A DNA stretch of 64,000 nucleotides from Tetramitus jugosus (Eukaryota > Protista > Heterolobosea), in NCBI GenBank assembly GCA_937625935.1, contig OW569369.1:372001-436000 (forward strand). Direction: 5' to 3'. Shown one piece after another: positions 31,582 to 47,300 of this stretch. Every line of letters begins with the position of its first letter. Position 1 is the stretch's first letter. The translations under genes and the position numbers were made by a program. The notes under the pieces are model-generated. The model saw nothing but the letters and a program-made list of their open reading frames with translations, made no database searches and was not told the origin of the DNA.

Positions 31582-34500
31582 ATGGAGGAGATTGGTGACT
31601 CTTCTGGGGATTCTAGACTAGATTGGATTGCAATCAAAGTCAATAGTTGCCTAAAAATATCAAAGCCAAAATGGAAAGAGTTCTTCTCATTGGAAGAGAA
31701 CAAGTATGTGAAACAAAACCAATTATCCTCGTACTTCACTTTATCTCACACTATTATCAAGAAAATCAATCCAAAAATTCTTCGCGAGTGACAATGAAAT
31801 GCACTTGTTCGTTGCAAAGTCCTTACTTAAGGATGAACTAACGGCCACGCTGCAACCCATACCCACTAACAAAAAGGTTGTTGTGATCATGAAGAGTCAA
31901 CCAGTAAAGATTGCAGTTGACAACTATGAAGACTATTTGTATTACGAGGAAATGAGTCACAATTCACTGAGACAAACAGTGTTACTATTGGAGGAATTGT
32001 ATCTCCCAATGATTCAAAACTCAAAGAATCAAAAGCATTGGCCAAAGGTTGTTGGACAAGATATCGTGAGACAGTTTCATCGATTTGTTGGTATCCTTGA
32101 TATGTTCATGGGTCAAACAGCAGGAAACACTATTCTGCCGATTCCTCTAGTCGAAGAGTTGACAAATGACAGAAACGAAGAAGACAGAGGATTGGTTCAT
32201 TCATTGGAATCATCCATCATTGACTGGACAAGAGAAATTAAGGTTAGTCTTCTAATTTGACAAAGGTCGATTATTTTTCTGAATCTAACACAAATTTCAC
32301 ACAAAAAACCAATCACACAGAAAGTCATTGAAAAAGACAGTGAAAAAGCGTTGGTGGAGGCAGAAGAACAAGGCGAGTATCTAGGACCACTCGATGAGAT
32401 TCATTTTTGGAAGTCAAAGTCAGCAAATCTCGCCAACTTGAATGATCAATTACGTGACGACAAGGTCACACAGATCATGTCTATTTTAGAGAAGAGTTCC
32501 AGTACATATGTTGTCGGTTTTAAGAAAACATTGAGTGAGCTAGGAGAAGGTAAGATCCACTTTCGAACTGTTTATTGTCTTTTTTGTTGGCGATCTGACA
32601 CTCCTTTTTTGTTCCATACCAATTAGCTTTGAAACAAGCAACGGAAATTTACGTGTACTTATTGCCGCTGAAGAACCATTTGACAGAGATAACAGATGGA
32701 TCAACCGAGATCAAGAATTTGCCAAAGCTTTTCAGACCAATTGTCCATATTATATATCTAGCATGGCAAGAGTGTCCTCAATATAATTCGAATAATGTAG
32801 GAATTTTAATCAGACAGATATGCAATGATTTAATTTCTCAAATATACAATCATATTGAGCCGGCACAACTGTGGGAGAACGACCTAAGTTTAACTTCAAC
32901 AAAGTTGCGTGAATCAATAGTTACCGCGAATTCCTTCAAGAGTGTTGTTGCTGAGTATCGCGATCTAACATCTAACGATAACCCCCAGCGAGTGTGGAGA
33001 CTAGAACGGAATAGAGTTTTCACACGATTTGATTTATTTATTGAGCGATTACAGGATCTATTAGACATAGTCGTACATATAGAGGAGTTTTCTCAATTAG
33101 AAAAAATTGATATCGGAGGACTCAAGGGAGGTCCGCTCAGTTTGATCGTTACCCAAATTTATAGAGAGTTTCAAAAATTACAAACAAAGATTCAGACGGC
33201 CAAGTACGATGTTTTAGATGTGAAGCAAACGCAATTCGAGAAGGACTTCTTGTATTTCTGTACTTGTATTCAGGATTATGATAAGAGATTAGGATACGTA
33301 ATTTCCAAAGGGTATGAAGCATGTCCGACCATTTCTGCCCAATTCAAATTATTAGAATCATTTGAAACGCATATGAGAAGAGATATTATAAAAACAGAGG
33401 TTGAAGACAAGTATATGAAGTTGTTGAATGCATTTAATAACGATTTGACGACCGTGTACCATATTTTTAATACGCAAAAGGATGATCCTCCTTTACTGAA
33501 CAATTTACCTCGAGTTTCAGGGTCGCTAGCATGGTGCCATGCATTGATCCAACGTATCGCGTGGCCTATGCAAAAGATTGTTCGGCTAAACGACTCTCTA
33601 ACTCAAACAGAGGTAATGAGTACGATAAAGACAAAATACGTTGCCCTCATTGACAAGATTAAAAATTATCAAGTGTTGCTATATGCGCAATGGAGCGATG
33701 GTATCGAGGAGCGAGCCCTTGAAAAGATGAACAATAAGCTGCTTCTAAGACTTCCTGACAGTAGAATATTTGTTAATTTTGACAAAACGTTAACAGCGTG
33801 CATCCAAGAAGTCAAGTATTTAACACACTTCAACATGGAGGTTCCAACTTCAGCTGCAAAAATCTTCGAAAACCGAGACGAATATCGGAGTTACACGAGC
33901 TCCTTGAATCATATTACTAGGCAATATAATACAGTGATGCAAACACTGTTAGATGTTGAACGACCACTTGTGCAAGATCAATTAAAATCAATTGATTTAA
34001 AACTTTCACGGGGAATAGAAGTGATGGATTGGAACAACAACGATATTCAAGCCTTTATCGATGATTCGAAAGATGGAGTTAAGGATCTGTACAATCGATT
34101 GAATGTGTTGAAAGGTAATGTTAAAACGATTGAAAAAATGGTGAATAGTTGGAAGGAACTGTACACTGTTATGACAAACGAAGAGGAGGAATTAGAGGAA
34201 ATTGAGTACAAACCCTCTCGTTTCGTTCAAATGATGACCTTTTGGAGAAATAGAAATGGAGCTCGACCATCAGACAACGAGGAATGTGTATCTGTGACTA
34301 ACGCCATGTTCATGAAATGGAAATCTAAAACGAACGCATCTGTGAAACAGTTGAGCGATGTTGTTAAACATGGACAAAAAATTCACCTCATTGTGTCAAG
34401 TAGCAATGAAAAAGTTGGTGTGGCCGCTAATTCGCCTGAATGGCGGGGGTATATCATATACTTGAACAATTTAGTTTCGACTGGTCTCTATCAAGCAATT

Positions 34501-37500
34501 CAAACGAGTTTAGAATACCTTATCAACTCTTTTATAGCTGTCCAAAATGCAAACGATAATGGTGTACCAATAACAGATGATCTCAATATTCTACTCCAAG
34601 TTAGACTAGAGTTGCAAGGAAATCAAGCATCCTTCAAACCCGATGTGAGCAATGATACTCAAAGCATACAACACAAGGTTAATTATTGGCTCGAAAAAGT
34701 GTTTGATCTGTCAATGCAAATTCGGCGTTTGGACGACCCCTCTCAGAATTTTTATCCACTCATCAAGGAGAGCGCAGAATTGGATGAACTAAAAAGACGA
34801 GTAAAGGATTTGCTCGACCTAACTGTTCAACGAATGATCGAACTCAAGAGCTCATTCGTTCGATATGCATATCTTTGGGAGGAGAATCCAAAAGAGTTTC
34901 TGCACAAGTTTGTGCATGGGAAGAGTGAACTTGATAAAATGTATGGAGATCTTGATGATGATGACGATGATGACGATGAAAAGCATGATCAACCTCCGAG
35001 GCGAACTTTAGAAGAGTTCGAGTATCAAATAGTACGATATGAAAAACTTTTGCAAGAAATACAGGAATTACCCGAGACAGTGTGTTTTGGTTGGCTAACA
35101 GTGGATTGTCAACCAATACGTGATGCTATTATAATATCTGCTGGCAAATGGCGTCTAACATTCCTTGAGTACCTTCTTAAACAAGTACAAGATAATCTGC
35201 TGGAATTCGATAAATTTGTTGAACATTCCAAAGAAGGACTCGTACAGGAAGTAGGCAAAAACGATTACGAAAAGCTGAAAGAGGTAATGGGTTACTTGCT
35301 GCACATCAAAGAACGGCCTGAAAGTAAAAATGGTGAGAACCACTTTGAGCCGCTCAAGCAGACAGTTCAATTGCTCAAGAAGTATGAAATCAAGGTTCCG
35401 CAGGAAATTGTGACTCAACTTGATGATGCTAAGAACAAATGGAAAGATCTACAAAAATTGTATTTTGAAGTGAAAGATAATTTAGCTGGTCTTCAGAATG
35501 AGGAGATTAAGAAGATTAGTGCGGCAGAAGCCAATTTCATGCATGAGTGCGCAAACTATCGTGAATACTTTCTTAAAGCGGCACCGTTTAATTATGACAT
35601 CAGTATAATACAAGCATATCGGAAACTGGATGATGTTCATTCTGAATTGTCAAAATATGAAGATGAATTGAAAAATATGAGAGAGAAACAAAAATTATTC
35701 ACTCTCATACCGAATAACGGAAAGCCTGTCAAGGATTGTCGCATTGATCTTAGGTTACTCAAGAAGATTTGGGATCTGGCAAGCTTAGTAGATAGTCAGT
35801 TCGCAGAATGGAGAAATATTTCATTCTTGCAAATTGACTGTGAAGATATTCAAAACGAAACAAAGATATTGCGCAAGGAATTGCGCGACTTTGACAAAAA
35901 AGTTAAAAGATGGAATGTATTTCTCACTTTGCAGCAATCTGTGCAGAATTTTATGGACACACTGCCGCTGGTCCAACAATTGAGAAACAACGGTATGAGA
36001 GATCGGCATTGGAAGGAACTCATGGATAGAACGGGAGTTAAGTTTGAATTATCAAACAATTTTAAACTTGATAACTTGTTAGCACTGAATTTGCATCAGT
36101 TTGCGGACGAAGTCACCGAGATTGTAGACAAGGCTACAAAAGAAATCAAAATGGAAAAATACTTGAGCGACTTAAAGAAGCTCTGGGGAGATTTACGCTT
36201 TGAATTTAAGGATCACCCCGAAAATCCGATGAAAATAGTTCGTATCCCAGAAGAAGTTGTTGAAAATTTAGAAGACCATCAGGTTCAACTTCAAAATAGT
36301 CGTTCTAATCGCTCTGTAGACCACTTCATGGCAGATATTGATGAGTGGCTAAAAACTCTGGGAGATGTTGACACAATAATTGCACTGTTGACCGAAGTCC
36401 AGAGAAAGTGGTTGTACCTCGAAAATATTTTCATTGGCTCCGAGGACATTCGTGAGCAGCTCCCTGATGACACAAAGAGATTCGAGGGTGTAGATCGCGA
36501 GTTAAAGAAGATCTTGAAACAAGCTGAAAGCCTTCCACAAATCACGCAATTTTGTTCTCAACTGGAACTCGAAGCAACGCTAAATCTGCTACAAGAACAA
36601 CTAGATGTATGTGAGAATAAGTTGTCCGCGTATTTGGAAGAAAAGAAAAAAGCATTCCCTCGATTTTATTTTGTGTCCATTCCAGATTTGTTGGATATTC
36701 TCAGCAAAGGAGGTCAATCACCACATTTAGTAATGAAACATATGCCAAAGCTCTTTCAAGCAGTTCAAACATTAAAGTTCCGAGAAGATGAGAACGGACA
36801 TAAGACAAACGAAGCAGTAGGTGTGTATTCAAGAGAAGGAGAGTATGTTGAATTCATAGAACCTATTCTTCTTTCGGGAAAGGTGGAAATTTGGCTCCAA
36901 AAAGTTTTGACCACAATTGAAAAATCTCTCCGGTCAATCCTTAGTGAAGGTATACAAACCTATGAGGAGAAACCGAGAGAAGAGTGGCTACTGCACTTCC
37001 CATCGCAAATTGTGCTCGTTGCATGCCAGATATACTGGACCCAGGATGTTAATGTTGCGTTCGAAGCGTTAGAAGAAAACAACGAAGGAGCCATGAGGAA
37101 TTATTATAACAAACAGATTGATCAACTCAATAAGTTGATCAAGATGGTTCAAGGTGAATTAACAGCCGATGTTCGCCAAAAAATTATGAATTTGGTCACA
37201 ATTGACGTGCATGCAAGAGATGTAGTAGAGAAACTAATCTTGAGTAGTGTCGTTTCATCTCAAGCATTTGAGTGGCAATGTCAATTGAGACAACGCTGGG
37301 ATGACGCGAATCAAGACTGTATAATTGAAATATGTGATGCTACGTTCAAGTATGGCTATGAATATCTCGGAAATGGTCCGAGATTAGTGATTACCCCACT
37401 GACAGATAGAATTTATATCACATTAACTCAGAGTTTACACTTGATTATGGGTGGAGCGCCAGCTGGTCCGGCAGGAACAGGCAAAACGGAAACAACAAAA

Positions 37501-40500
37501 GACCTGGGCAGTCAGCTCGGTAAAGCAGTGTATGTTTTTAATTGCTCTGATCAAATGGACAACACAACTCTTGGTGATATTTTTAAGGGACTCGCATCGA
37601 GTGGTTCCTGGGGATGTTTTGATGAGTTTAATCGTATCTCGGCTGAAGTTTTGTCTGTTGTGTCTACCCAGTTCAAGAGTATCCTTGACGCCATCAAAGC
37701 GAAGAAAACGCGATTTATATTTGAAACTGACGAAATATCATTAGATCCGACGATTGGAGCATTTATTACAATGAATCCAGGTTATCTAGGAAGAACTGAG
37801 CTCCCTGAATCACTCAAAGCACTGTTTAGACCCGTAACTGTCGTTGTACCCGATCTAGAGCTCATTTGCGAGAACATGTTGATGGCGGAAGGATTTATTA
37901 ATGCGAAGCGGTTGGCCAAGAAATTTATTACTCTGTATAGTTTGAATCGTGACTTGTTATCAAAACAGGGACATTATGATTGGGGCCTGAGAGCTATTAA
38001 GTCTGTACTCGTTGTGGCTGGTGCGTTGAAACGAGCGGATCCAGACTTCTCAGAAGACCATATTCTAATGAGAGCGCTCCGTGATTTTAACCTCCCTAAA
38101 ATTGTGGTCGATGACCTACCAGTCTTCATGGGACTGATTGAAGATTTATTCCCTGGGGTGGAAATGGAGAGAAAGGTTGATGAACAGTTCGAAAAAACTG
38201 TTGCAAAGGTAATTACTCAATCTGGACTTCAAGCTGAGGACAATTTGGTTCTCAAAGTTGTTCAGCTGGAAGAATTGTTGTTTGTCAGACATTGTGTTTT
38301 CATTATCGGTCCAGCAGGGGCCGGCAAAACGGTGAGTTGGAAAGCACTAGCGAAAGCCATTACGACAAGAGGCGACAAAGTCACTGTCAAAGATCTGAAT
38401 CCCAAAGCGATTACCAGCAATGATTTGTATGGATACTTTAATGAGGCTACTGGAGAATGGAAAAATGGCTTGTTGAGTAGCATGATGAAAAGTTTGGGTG
38501 AGATCGAAGACACCAAACCTAAATGGATCATTTTGGATGGTGACTTGGATACAGAGTGGATTGAATCTATGAACTCTGTCATGGATGACAATCGTCTTTT
38601 AACACTGGCGAACAATGATCGAATTCCTCTGCTCAAGCATATGAGATTAATTTTTGAGATATCTCATCTCCATTACGCTACTCCTGCTACAGTATCGAGA
38701 GCAGGTATCCTCTTCATTAGTGAGAAAGATATTGGATGGCAGCCGTATGTTGCCAGTTGGATTGATAAACGACCAAGCACAGAAAGAACACATATGACTA
38801 TTTTGTTTGATCGATATGTGACAGAATGTTTGAACTATGTCAGAACAGAGTTCAAACACATCACTCCACTCTCTGATTTTTCAATGGTGTGCAATCTATG
38901 TCACATGCTTGAAGGTTTGATCACAGCCACAACTGTGCCAAATGCTGAAAAAGAATTGCTGGAACAGTACTTTGTATTCGCTGCTATTTGGTCATTTGGT
39001 GGTGCAATACTTCAAACTGACAAGACCACACTGTCGAGATTTGACAAGTGGTGGAGATCAACTTGGAAGAATCAAGTAAAATTCCCTGAGGCCGGCACTG
39101 TGTTTGACTACTTTTTCAGTTCAGTGACCAACAAGTTTGAATCCTGGGAAGCAAGAAAACCCAAATTTATCTATAACCCTGAAATTCCCTTGTCGAATGT
39201 GATAGTACCGACTGACGAGACAATTTGTATTCGATACTTCCTTGATCTCATCACTGATATCGGCAAACCCTTTATGCTAGTAGGAAATGCCGGAACAGGC
39301 AAGACCAAGCAGGTACAAGAGAAACTGTTGAATCTTGATAGTGCCAGAGCTACATCCTGCACCATCAATTTCAATTACTATACAGACTCTGCATCTCTTC
39401 AACGCGTGATGGAACAACCATTGGACAAGAAGGGAGGAACTAGATATGGTCCCCCTGGAAGTGCTTCACTCATCTATTTTATTGATGATCTCAATATGCC
39501 CGCAGTAGATAATTACGGGACACAAACACCAATTGCTCTTCTAAGACAACACATGGACTACAATCACTGGTATTGGTACGACAAAGGCAAATGGGCAATT
39601 AAGGACATCTTGCAAGTTCAATATGTCGTCTGTATGAATCCTACTGCCGGTAGCTTTGTGATTGATCCTCGACTGCAGCGTCATTTCGTAACCTTGGCTG
39701 TTAATATGCCCTCTCTGGCCAACCTCAAAACAATCTACCTTGCACTAATCGAAGGACATCTGCGAACCTTCTCAAAGGATCTGACTGAGTTTGCTCCCTC
39801 ACTTGTAGCAACATCCCTCATGCTACATGAAAAGATTGCCTCATCCTTCCAGAAGAATGCTGTTAACTTCTATTATGAATTCAATCTGCGTCACTTGACC
39901 AATATTTTCGAAGGAATGTTGAGAAGTAATCCTCAATTCTTAAGGACAGTACCAGAAATGTTACGTTTATGGCGTCACGAGTGCAACAGAGTGTATTGTG
40001 ATCGCTTATCATCCGCAAAAGACGTAACTGACTATCAAACATTGATGAAGCAGATATTGAAACAAAATCATACTGACTTAGCGGATGATTGCCTACAAGA
40101 ACCTCTTTTGTATTCTCATTTCACCCATGGCGTTCACTCGGGAGAAAATTTCTATGACGAATTTAAGGACATAACACACGTGAAAAATTTGCTTGAACAT
40201 GCCTTGAAGGAGTACAATGAGACATATGCTGCCATGAATCTTGTGCTGTTCGAAGATGCTATCTCACATGTGTGTCGTATTAGCAGAATCATTGAAGGAC
40301 CAAATGGCAATGCTCTATTGATTGGTGTTGGAGGTAGTGGAAAACAAAGTTTGTCACGACTGGCTGCCTATATCAGTGACTTTGAAATAGCACAAATTGT
40401 TATTACCCGAGGTTATGGCGTCGAAAACTTGAAAGAAGATTTGAGAACAATGTATAGGAAGGCGGGACTGAAAAACCAAGGAACTGTTTTCCTTTTCACG

Positions 40501-43500
40501 GATAGTCAGATCATTGACGAAAAATTCCTGGTATACATCAACGACCTACTCATGTCTGGTAATATTCCTGATTTATTCCCGAACGATGAAAAGGAAGAAA
40601 TTGCGAATGCTGTTCGTACAGAAGCCAAATCGAATGGAATTATGGATCTATCAATCGAAAATTGTTGGAGATTTTTCATTAGCAAGGTGAAACGAAATCT
40701 CCATGTAATTCTTTGTTTCTCCCCCGTGAACGACAACTTCCGTATCAGAAGCCGAAAATTCCCTGCTCTAGTTAATTGCACTGTGATCGACAGATTCTTT
40801 GCATGGCCAAAAGATGCTCTCCTCAGTGTTGCCAATAGGTTCTTGTCATCAGAGGAATTGAATGGATTCCATGAACCAATAGTCTCATTCATGTCCTTTG
40901 CCCATGAAATTGTGAATGATTACAGCATCAAGTTTAAAGAGGCATGCAAACGACACACTTACACAACTCCAAAAAGTTTCCTCGAGTTGATTAATCTCTA
41001 CAAAATTATGCTTCAGAAGAAACGCAAGGAAACAAATGATAAGATTGTTAGATTACAGAAAGGTATTGAAAAACTGAAAGAAACAACCAAAAACGTTGCC
41101 GAGTTCGAAAAAATTCTTCAAGTCCAAAAGGTGGAAGTTGAAGAGAGTAAGGCAATAGCAGATGGTATTCTGGACAAAGTGAGTAAAGAAAGGAAAATCA
41201 TTGAAGGAGAAGCTGCCAAAGCTACAGAAGAAGAAGGCAAAGCTGCAAAGATTAATGAAATGGTTCAAGAACGAAAGTTATCTTGTGAAGAAGAATACAA
41301 GAAGGCCTTACCTATGCTGATTGCTGCCGAAGAGGCTCTTGATACCCTAAAAGTCAAAGAATTAACTGAATTGAGATCATTCAAACAGCCGAGTTCGGAT
41401 ATTGTCAATGTTTTCTCTGCTGTACTTATCCTACTCAGTCCTAAAACGTTCGTCACGAAGGATCGATCGTGGTCAGCCGCTCAAAAACTTATGTCCCGAG
41501 GTGCCGAAGCATTTTTGAAACAATTGAAGGCGTACAACAAGGATGATATTTTCCCTCACGTCCTGAAAGCAATTCAACCCTACATGGATGATCCAAACTT
41601 CAATGGTAAAAATATCGCAAAGATTTCGCAGGCCGCAGGTGGTCTTTGTGAATGGGTAAAGAACGTGGTCAATTACTACTATGCATTTTGTAAAGTTCAA
41701 CCATTAAAGGAATCACTTGCCGAAGCCGAGGCTCAGCAAGCAGAAGCAGAAGAAAAGTTAGCCAAGGTTAGGGCGCGCGTTGAAAGATTGATGAAGAAAC
41801 TTCGAAAATTGGAAGCAGAGTTTGAAGAAGCCAATCAAAAGAAGCTTGCAGTGATGCAGCAAGCGGAAAACACTCAACACAGACTCGATCTTGCTCAAAG
41901 ATTTGTTCGTGCCCTTGCCTCTGAAAATGTCAGATGGATTCAAAATATAGGAGAACTAAAGCAACAGGAATCATTCCTAATTGGGGATGTTCTGTTGGCT
42001 TCTGCGTTTGTTTCCTACATTGGAAGTTTTGACATTAACTTTAGAGCTCAATTAGTAACTGAATGGGTCAATATGATTAGACAACTTTCAATTCCAGTGT
42101 CAGATAACATCACACCTGTGAAAGTATTAACAAACGACGCAGAGATTGCCAAATGGAACAATCAGAAACTCCCTACTGATATCACAAGTACTGAGAATGG
42201 TTGTATTCTTACCAGTTGCGAACGTTGGCCACTAATTATCGATCCTCAACTGCAAGGAATTACATGGCTCAAGAACATGTATGGCGATAAATTAAACATC
42301 GTGAGACTAGGTCGCAAGGGTTTACTAGAAACGATGGAACGTGCAATCACAAACGGAGAAACCGTTCTCGTTGAAAACATACACGAAAGCATTGACGCTG
42401 TTCTTGCGCCCATCTTAGGTAGAAACATCATTGTGAGGCATGGTAAACAATATATCAAGCTGGAGAACGAAGTGGAATATGACCCTAACTTCAAACTCAT
42501 CTTTCATACGAAATTGAGTAATCCTCACTATAACCCCGAAACCCAAGCAGAAACTACTTTGATCAATTTTACCGTCACCGAAAGAGGTCTGGAAGATCAG
42601 CTATTAGCTGTTGTTGTTGGTAAGGAGCGACAAGATCTCGAACAAAAGAGAGCTGAATTGACTCTGCAACAAAATAGATTTAAGATCACCCTTAAGGAGC
42701 TTGAGGACAGTTTGCTGGAAAATTTAAATAATTCTGGTGACGACATTCTGGGAAATGTTGAACTGATTGAAAACCTTGAAAAGACAAAGGAAACATCCGA
42801 CACTATTAAGATTCAAGTTGAGCAAGCCCTAGAAACTGAAAAGGAAATTAACGCAGCGAGAGAAGATTATAGAAAAGTTGCGAAGAGAGGCTCGCTGCTC
42901 TACTTTATCCTAGACCAGCTCAAGCTCATTCAAAATATGTACCAGTACTCTCTTGATGCTTTCGTTGTTGTATTCAATCGGGCTATCTATACTGCGAAGC
43001 GAAGTGACGATCTCTTTGAGCGTATTGAGAATTTGATAGACTCGATTACACATTCAGTCTTTGTATATACCAATCGGGGATTGTTTGAACGCCACAAGTT
43101 AATCTTTTTGACAAATCTGACGTTAAAGATTCTCGAGGATCAGTTGGATGTGGAACAAGTCGACTTTCTGATACGAGGTCCGAAGAGTGTCAACGGAGGC
43201 GAAAATCCATTCGTGGATTGGATGTCGGAAGACACTTGGGCAAGCTTGCATGCATTAACAAATCTCAAGGACTTTGAAAAACTGTACGATGACATCAACA
43301 ATAGTTCAAAGAGATGGAAAGCATGGAGTTTGACAGAAGCACCTGAGAAAGAACCTCTCCCTCAAGACTGGAAGAACAAATCTGATTTCCAGAGACTGCT
43401 AGTGATCCGAGCTCTGAGGCCTGATCGTATTACATCGGCAATGAGAGCCTTTGTTAGAACTGCGCTTGGAAAACGATATACAAATCCTGAACCATTCAAT

Positions 43501-45285
43501 CTCGATGCAGTGTTTGCCGAAAGTCGCCCTAGCACTCCTCTCTTCTTTATTCTCTTCCCTGGTGCCGATCCGGTGAAAGATATCGAAGAGTTGGGCAAGA
43601 AGTTAGGTTTCTCAGAAGAAAACGAAAAGTTCCATAATATCTCATTAGGTAAGGGACAGGAGATAATTGCTCAGGAAGCATTAACAAAAGCTTACAGTAA
43701 TGGCGGTTGGGTTGTGCTTCAAAATATTCATTTGATGAGAAAATGGTTGCCAGTTCTCGAGAGAAAGCTTGAGGAGTTAAGTGAGGGATCTCACAAAGAT
43801 TTTAGAGTATTTCTATCTGCTGAACCGTCAAGTGATCCTATTCCCCAGAGTATTCTCCAAAGCTCGATAAAAATTACCAACGAGCCACCAGAGAACTTAC
43901 AGGCAAATCTTGAAAGAGCATTTGACAATTTCAGCGTGGAATTCCTTGAATCCTCCATTAAGCAAACCGAGTTTAAAACTATTCTATTTACCCTCTGCTT
44001 CTTCCATGCTTTAGTTCTTGGTCGAAGAAAATTTGGTTTCCAGGGATGGAGTAGGCCATATAGTTTTAATACTGGTGACCTGACCATCAGTGCTGATGTT
44101 CTATTCAATTACTTGGAGGCGAATGATAATATTCCTTGGGAAGATATTCGCTATATTTTTGGAGAAATTATGTATGGAGGACACATTACTGACAAATGGG
44201 ACAGAAGAACATGTACAACGTATCTGGAGACACTGCTGAAAGACGACCTTTTGGAAGGCGTGGAGTTGGCCCCCGATTTTACTTGCCCTCCTCCAAGCAC
44301 CTATGCAGAATACGAACAATATATCAAAGAACAACTACCAAGTGAATCCCCTGTTATGTTTGGTCTTCATCCGAATGCTGAGATTGAATATCTGTCGACC
44401 GAGGCTGAGGCATTGTTTACAACAATCCGAACTCTGAGAGGTGGCATAACGGGAGCAGCAAGCACAACAAGGGAAGAGAAGGTAGCCCTTCGCATTGATG
44501 AATTGTTGACCACCCTTCCAGAAAATTTCAACATGACCGAGTTGAATAACGACGCTGACAAAAAGAATCCATTCGTCAGCGTGGTGCTCCAAGAATGCGA
44601 AAGAATGAACATTCTCCTCTCAGAACTTCGAAGGTCACTTCGTGAACTTCAACAAGGTATCAATGGAGAGCTAACCATCTCTGAACAAATGGATAAGGTA
44701 TTCAATGCGATTGACCTTGATCAAGTTCCTGATACATGGACTAAACTTGCCTATCCTTCACTCAAAAACCTTACCTTCTGGTATGAAGATCTACTAAAGA
44801 GATATGTTCAGCTGGAGGAATGGAGCAGCGAGATGACACTGCCAAAAGTTGTATGGGTGGCAGGTCTCTTTAATCCAATGTCTTTCCTGACTGCCGTTAT
44901 GCAAGCTACTGCCAGAAAAACACAAATCCCATTGGACAAGATGTGCCTCCAAACCGAAGTGCTGAAGAAGTACAAGAAGGATGTCACAACCGCACCTAAC
45001 ACTGGTTGCTACGTGAGTGGCTTCTTCCTCGAAGGAGCTGGATGGGATATTAAGAGTGGAGTACTACGGGAGAGCAATCTGAAGGAGATGAGTGTAGAAA
45101 TGCCCGTCATTCATGTCAAGGCAGTCCCAATCGATAAGCGCGATAACAAATCGATTTATGAATGTCCGGTGTACATAACTTCACAACGAGGCCCCACCTA
45201 TGTTTTCACAGCTCAACTCAAAACCAAACACGACGCATCAAAATGGGTATTAGCGGGAGTTGCTCTGAAACTTTCCACTCAGTGA
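31582..45285 (+). CDS. Axonemal outer-arm dynein heavy chain (beta-type, DNAH9/11/17-like); exons 31582-31703, 31762-32242, 32321-32549, 32627-45285
   Basis: P-loops GPAGTGKT, GPAGAGKT, GNAGTGKT, GVGGSGKQ; FPRFYFVS; CFDEFNRI; C-terminal RGPTYVFTAQLKT. Three GT-AG introns join in frame. Confidence 0.96.
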
Positions 45286-45509
45286 GTTCCCTTTTGTAAA
45301 GTACTTAACATAAAAATTTCTGCGCTAAACAATCACGCGCGCCTCATTTTTGGGCTCCTCAACCCCCCTTAGGTGAATAAGCAACAACGACGCATCTGTC
45401 AAAAAACGACAACAACTACCTTTGGCGAACCAAACAACTCCTCACCAACAACAACAACACAGCAAAAAACAACCAAAATCAACAAAACAAAATCAAAATC
45501 ATTTTTCCA

Positions 45510-46869
45510 ATGGGACAAATACTAGATAAGCCAGTGCTCGACAAGAGTACTCACAGAGGCGAAAACGCCTATCTCAAATATGGCTGCAGCAGCATGCAAG
45601 GATATAGAGTGAGCATGGAAGATAGACACAACTATGAAACAAAATTGTCGAACAATGCCAACGCAGAAGTATCATTCTTTGCAGTGTACGACGGTCACTC
45701 AGGTACTATTTCAACTTTACTTTTTTTTTGTTATCATTTGTGTGTTTGATGGTGGTGGTGATGATGATGATTGGTGATGAATGGATGGGGGAAGTGATTT
45801 GACCTTGCGCGACCAGCTGTACATTTTTTTTTTGTTTATTCTCATTTTTTCATCGGATCATCATCATCGTCATCTACTCTGCTGCTGCTGCTTTGCTTGT
45901 TGAATCACACACATTTTATTCTGACACACCACCAACTTGTCCTTTATCATTATTAATATTATGATTATGATTATGATGATTATGATGAACCTCCAATCAA
46001 TAAAAATAAATCATGCAACACGACGATACATACGCACACATATCATAGGTGATTCATGTGCTGACTTTTTGTCCAAGAACCTGTTCAAGACTGTTGTGGA
46101 AGAAGAGCACAAACTGAGCAATCTCACCGCATCGTCCTTCCTGTCCAACGATGACAGAATCAAGAGTGCGTTCATGAAGACTGATGCACTGTTCGAAGAG
46201 TATGGACACGGTGTGGACGACTCTGGCAGCACTGCCATCACATGCTTTATCAAACGAACAGACAACAATAGCAGCACTCATAAAATGGAACTCATTTGTG
46301 CCAACACTGGTGACAGTCGTTGTGTGTTGTACGATCAGGGCAAAACGGAGCCAATGTCCTACGATCACAAACCAACCAATCCCATCGAGAGAGACAGAAT
46401 TCACAGAGCGGGCTCATTTGTAGAGTTTTCGCGTGTCAATGGCTCATTGGCCGTCAGCAGAGCATTTGGTGATTTGGGTTACAAAAAGTCAACAAAGGTG
46501 AGACCAGAGGAACAAGCGGTGACTGCCCATCCAGATTTGAAGCGAGTCTCTGTCAGTCTCAGTAGCAAGAAGAAGGACTTTACGTTCTTGATCTTGGCGT
46601 GTGACGGTGTGTGGGACGTTATGACCAATGAAGTGGCCACAAAGTTTGTTCACGAGAGACTAGTCAAGCAGAGAGAAGGCAAATATGTGCCCATGTCTCA
46701 ACAACAGGACTCTGAGTTTGATGACGGATCAAGCACTAACAATCATCAGAAGACGTTGAAGAAGGGCGAGTACGATCTGGGCAGTATTTGTGAAGACATG
46801 TTGGACTCTTGTGTCAAAAAGTTGGAATCCAAGGATAATGTCAGTGTCATCATTGTTCTCTTCCAGTAA
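45510..46869 (+). CDS. Protein phosphatase 2C (PTC2/3-like); exons 45510-45702, 46049-46869
   Basis: MGQILDKP, SMQGYRVSMED, FAVYDGHSG, ANTGDSR, DHKP, LAVSRAFGD, LACDGVWDV, DNVS. Confidence 0.95.
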
Positions 46870-47300
46870 GAGAGAGAGAGGAGCAATGATGCAACGTTTT
46901 TTTTGGCATTTTGCTGACGTCGTCTCTGTGTGGAGGAGGAGAGAGCATGGACGGAGACAGGAAAAACGTGAAAAAGAACTGAGAGAGAAGAGCAGCAGTC
47001 AAGTGTGTGCCAGCTGCTCTCAAAAGAGTAATGTTCGTGTGTTAGTGTGTAAAGAGGAGCTGTTTGGTGTGCGTGTATATATAAAAGAAAACATACATTT
47101 AAAAAATTTTTACACAACGATCAGTAGTTGCCTACCAAAGCCGTTAACATTGGTCGTTGTTATTCATGTCACCTGTCATACTGATTCATGACTCTTTGTG
47201 TGACATTTGTGACGAAACTCTATTCAACCACCATAAAAAAACCAAGCAACAACAAACAACCAAAAACAAAAACAAAAACAAAATCGATATCAACAACAAC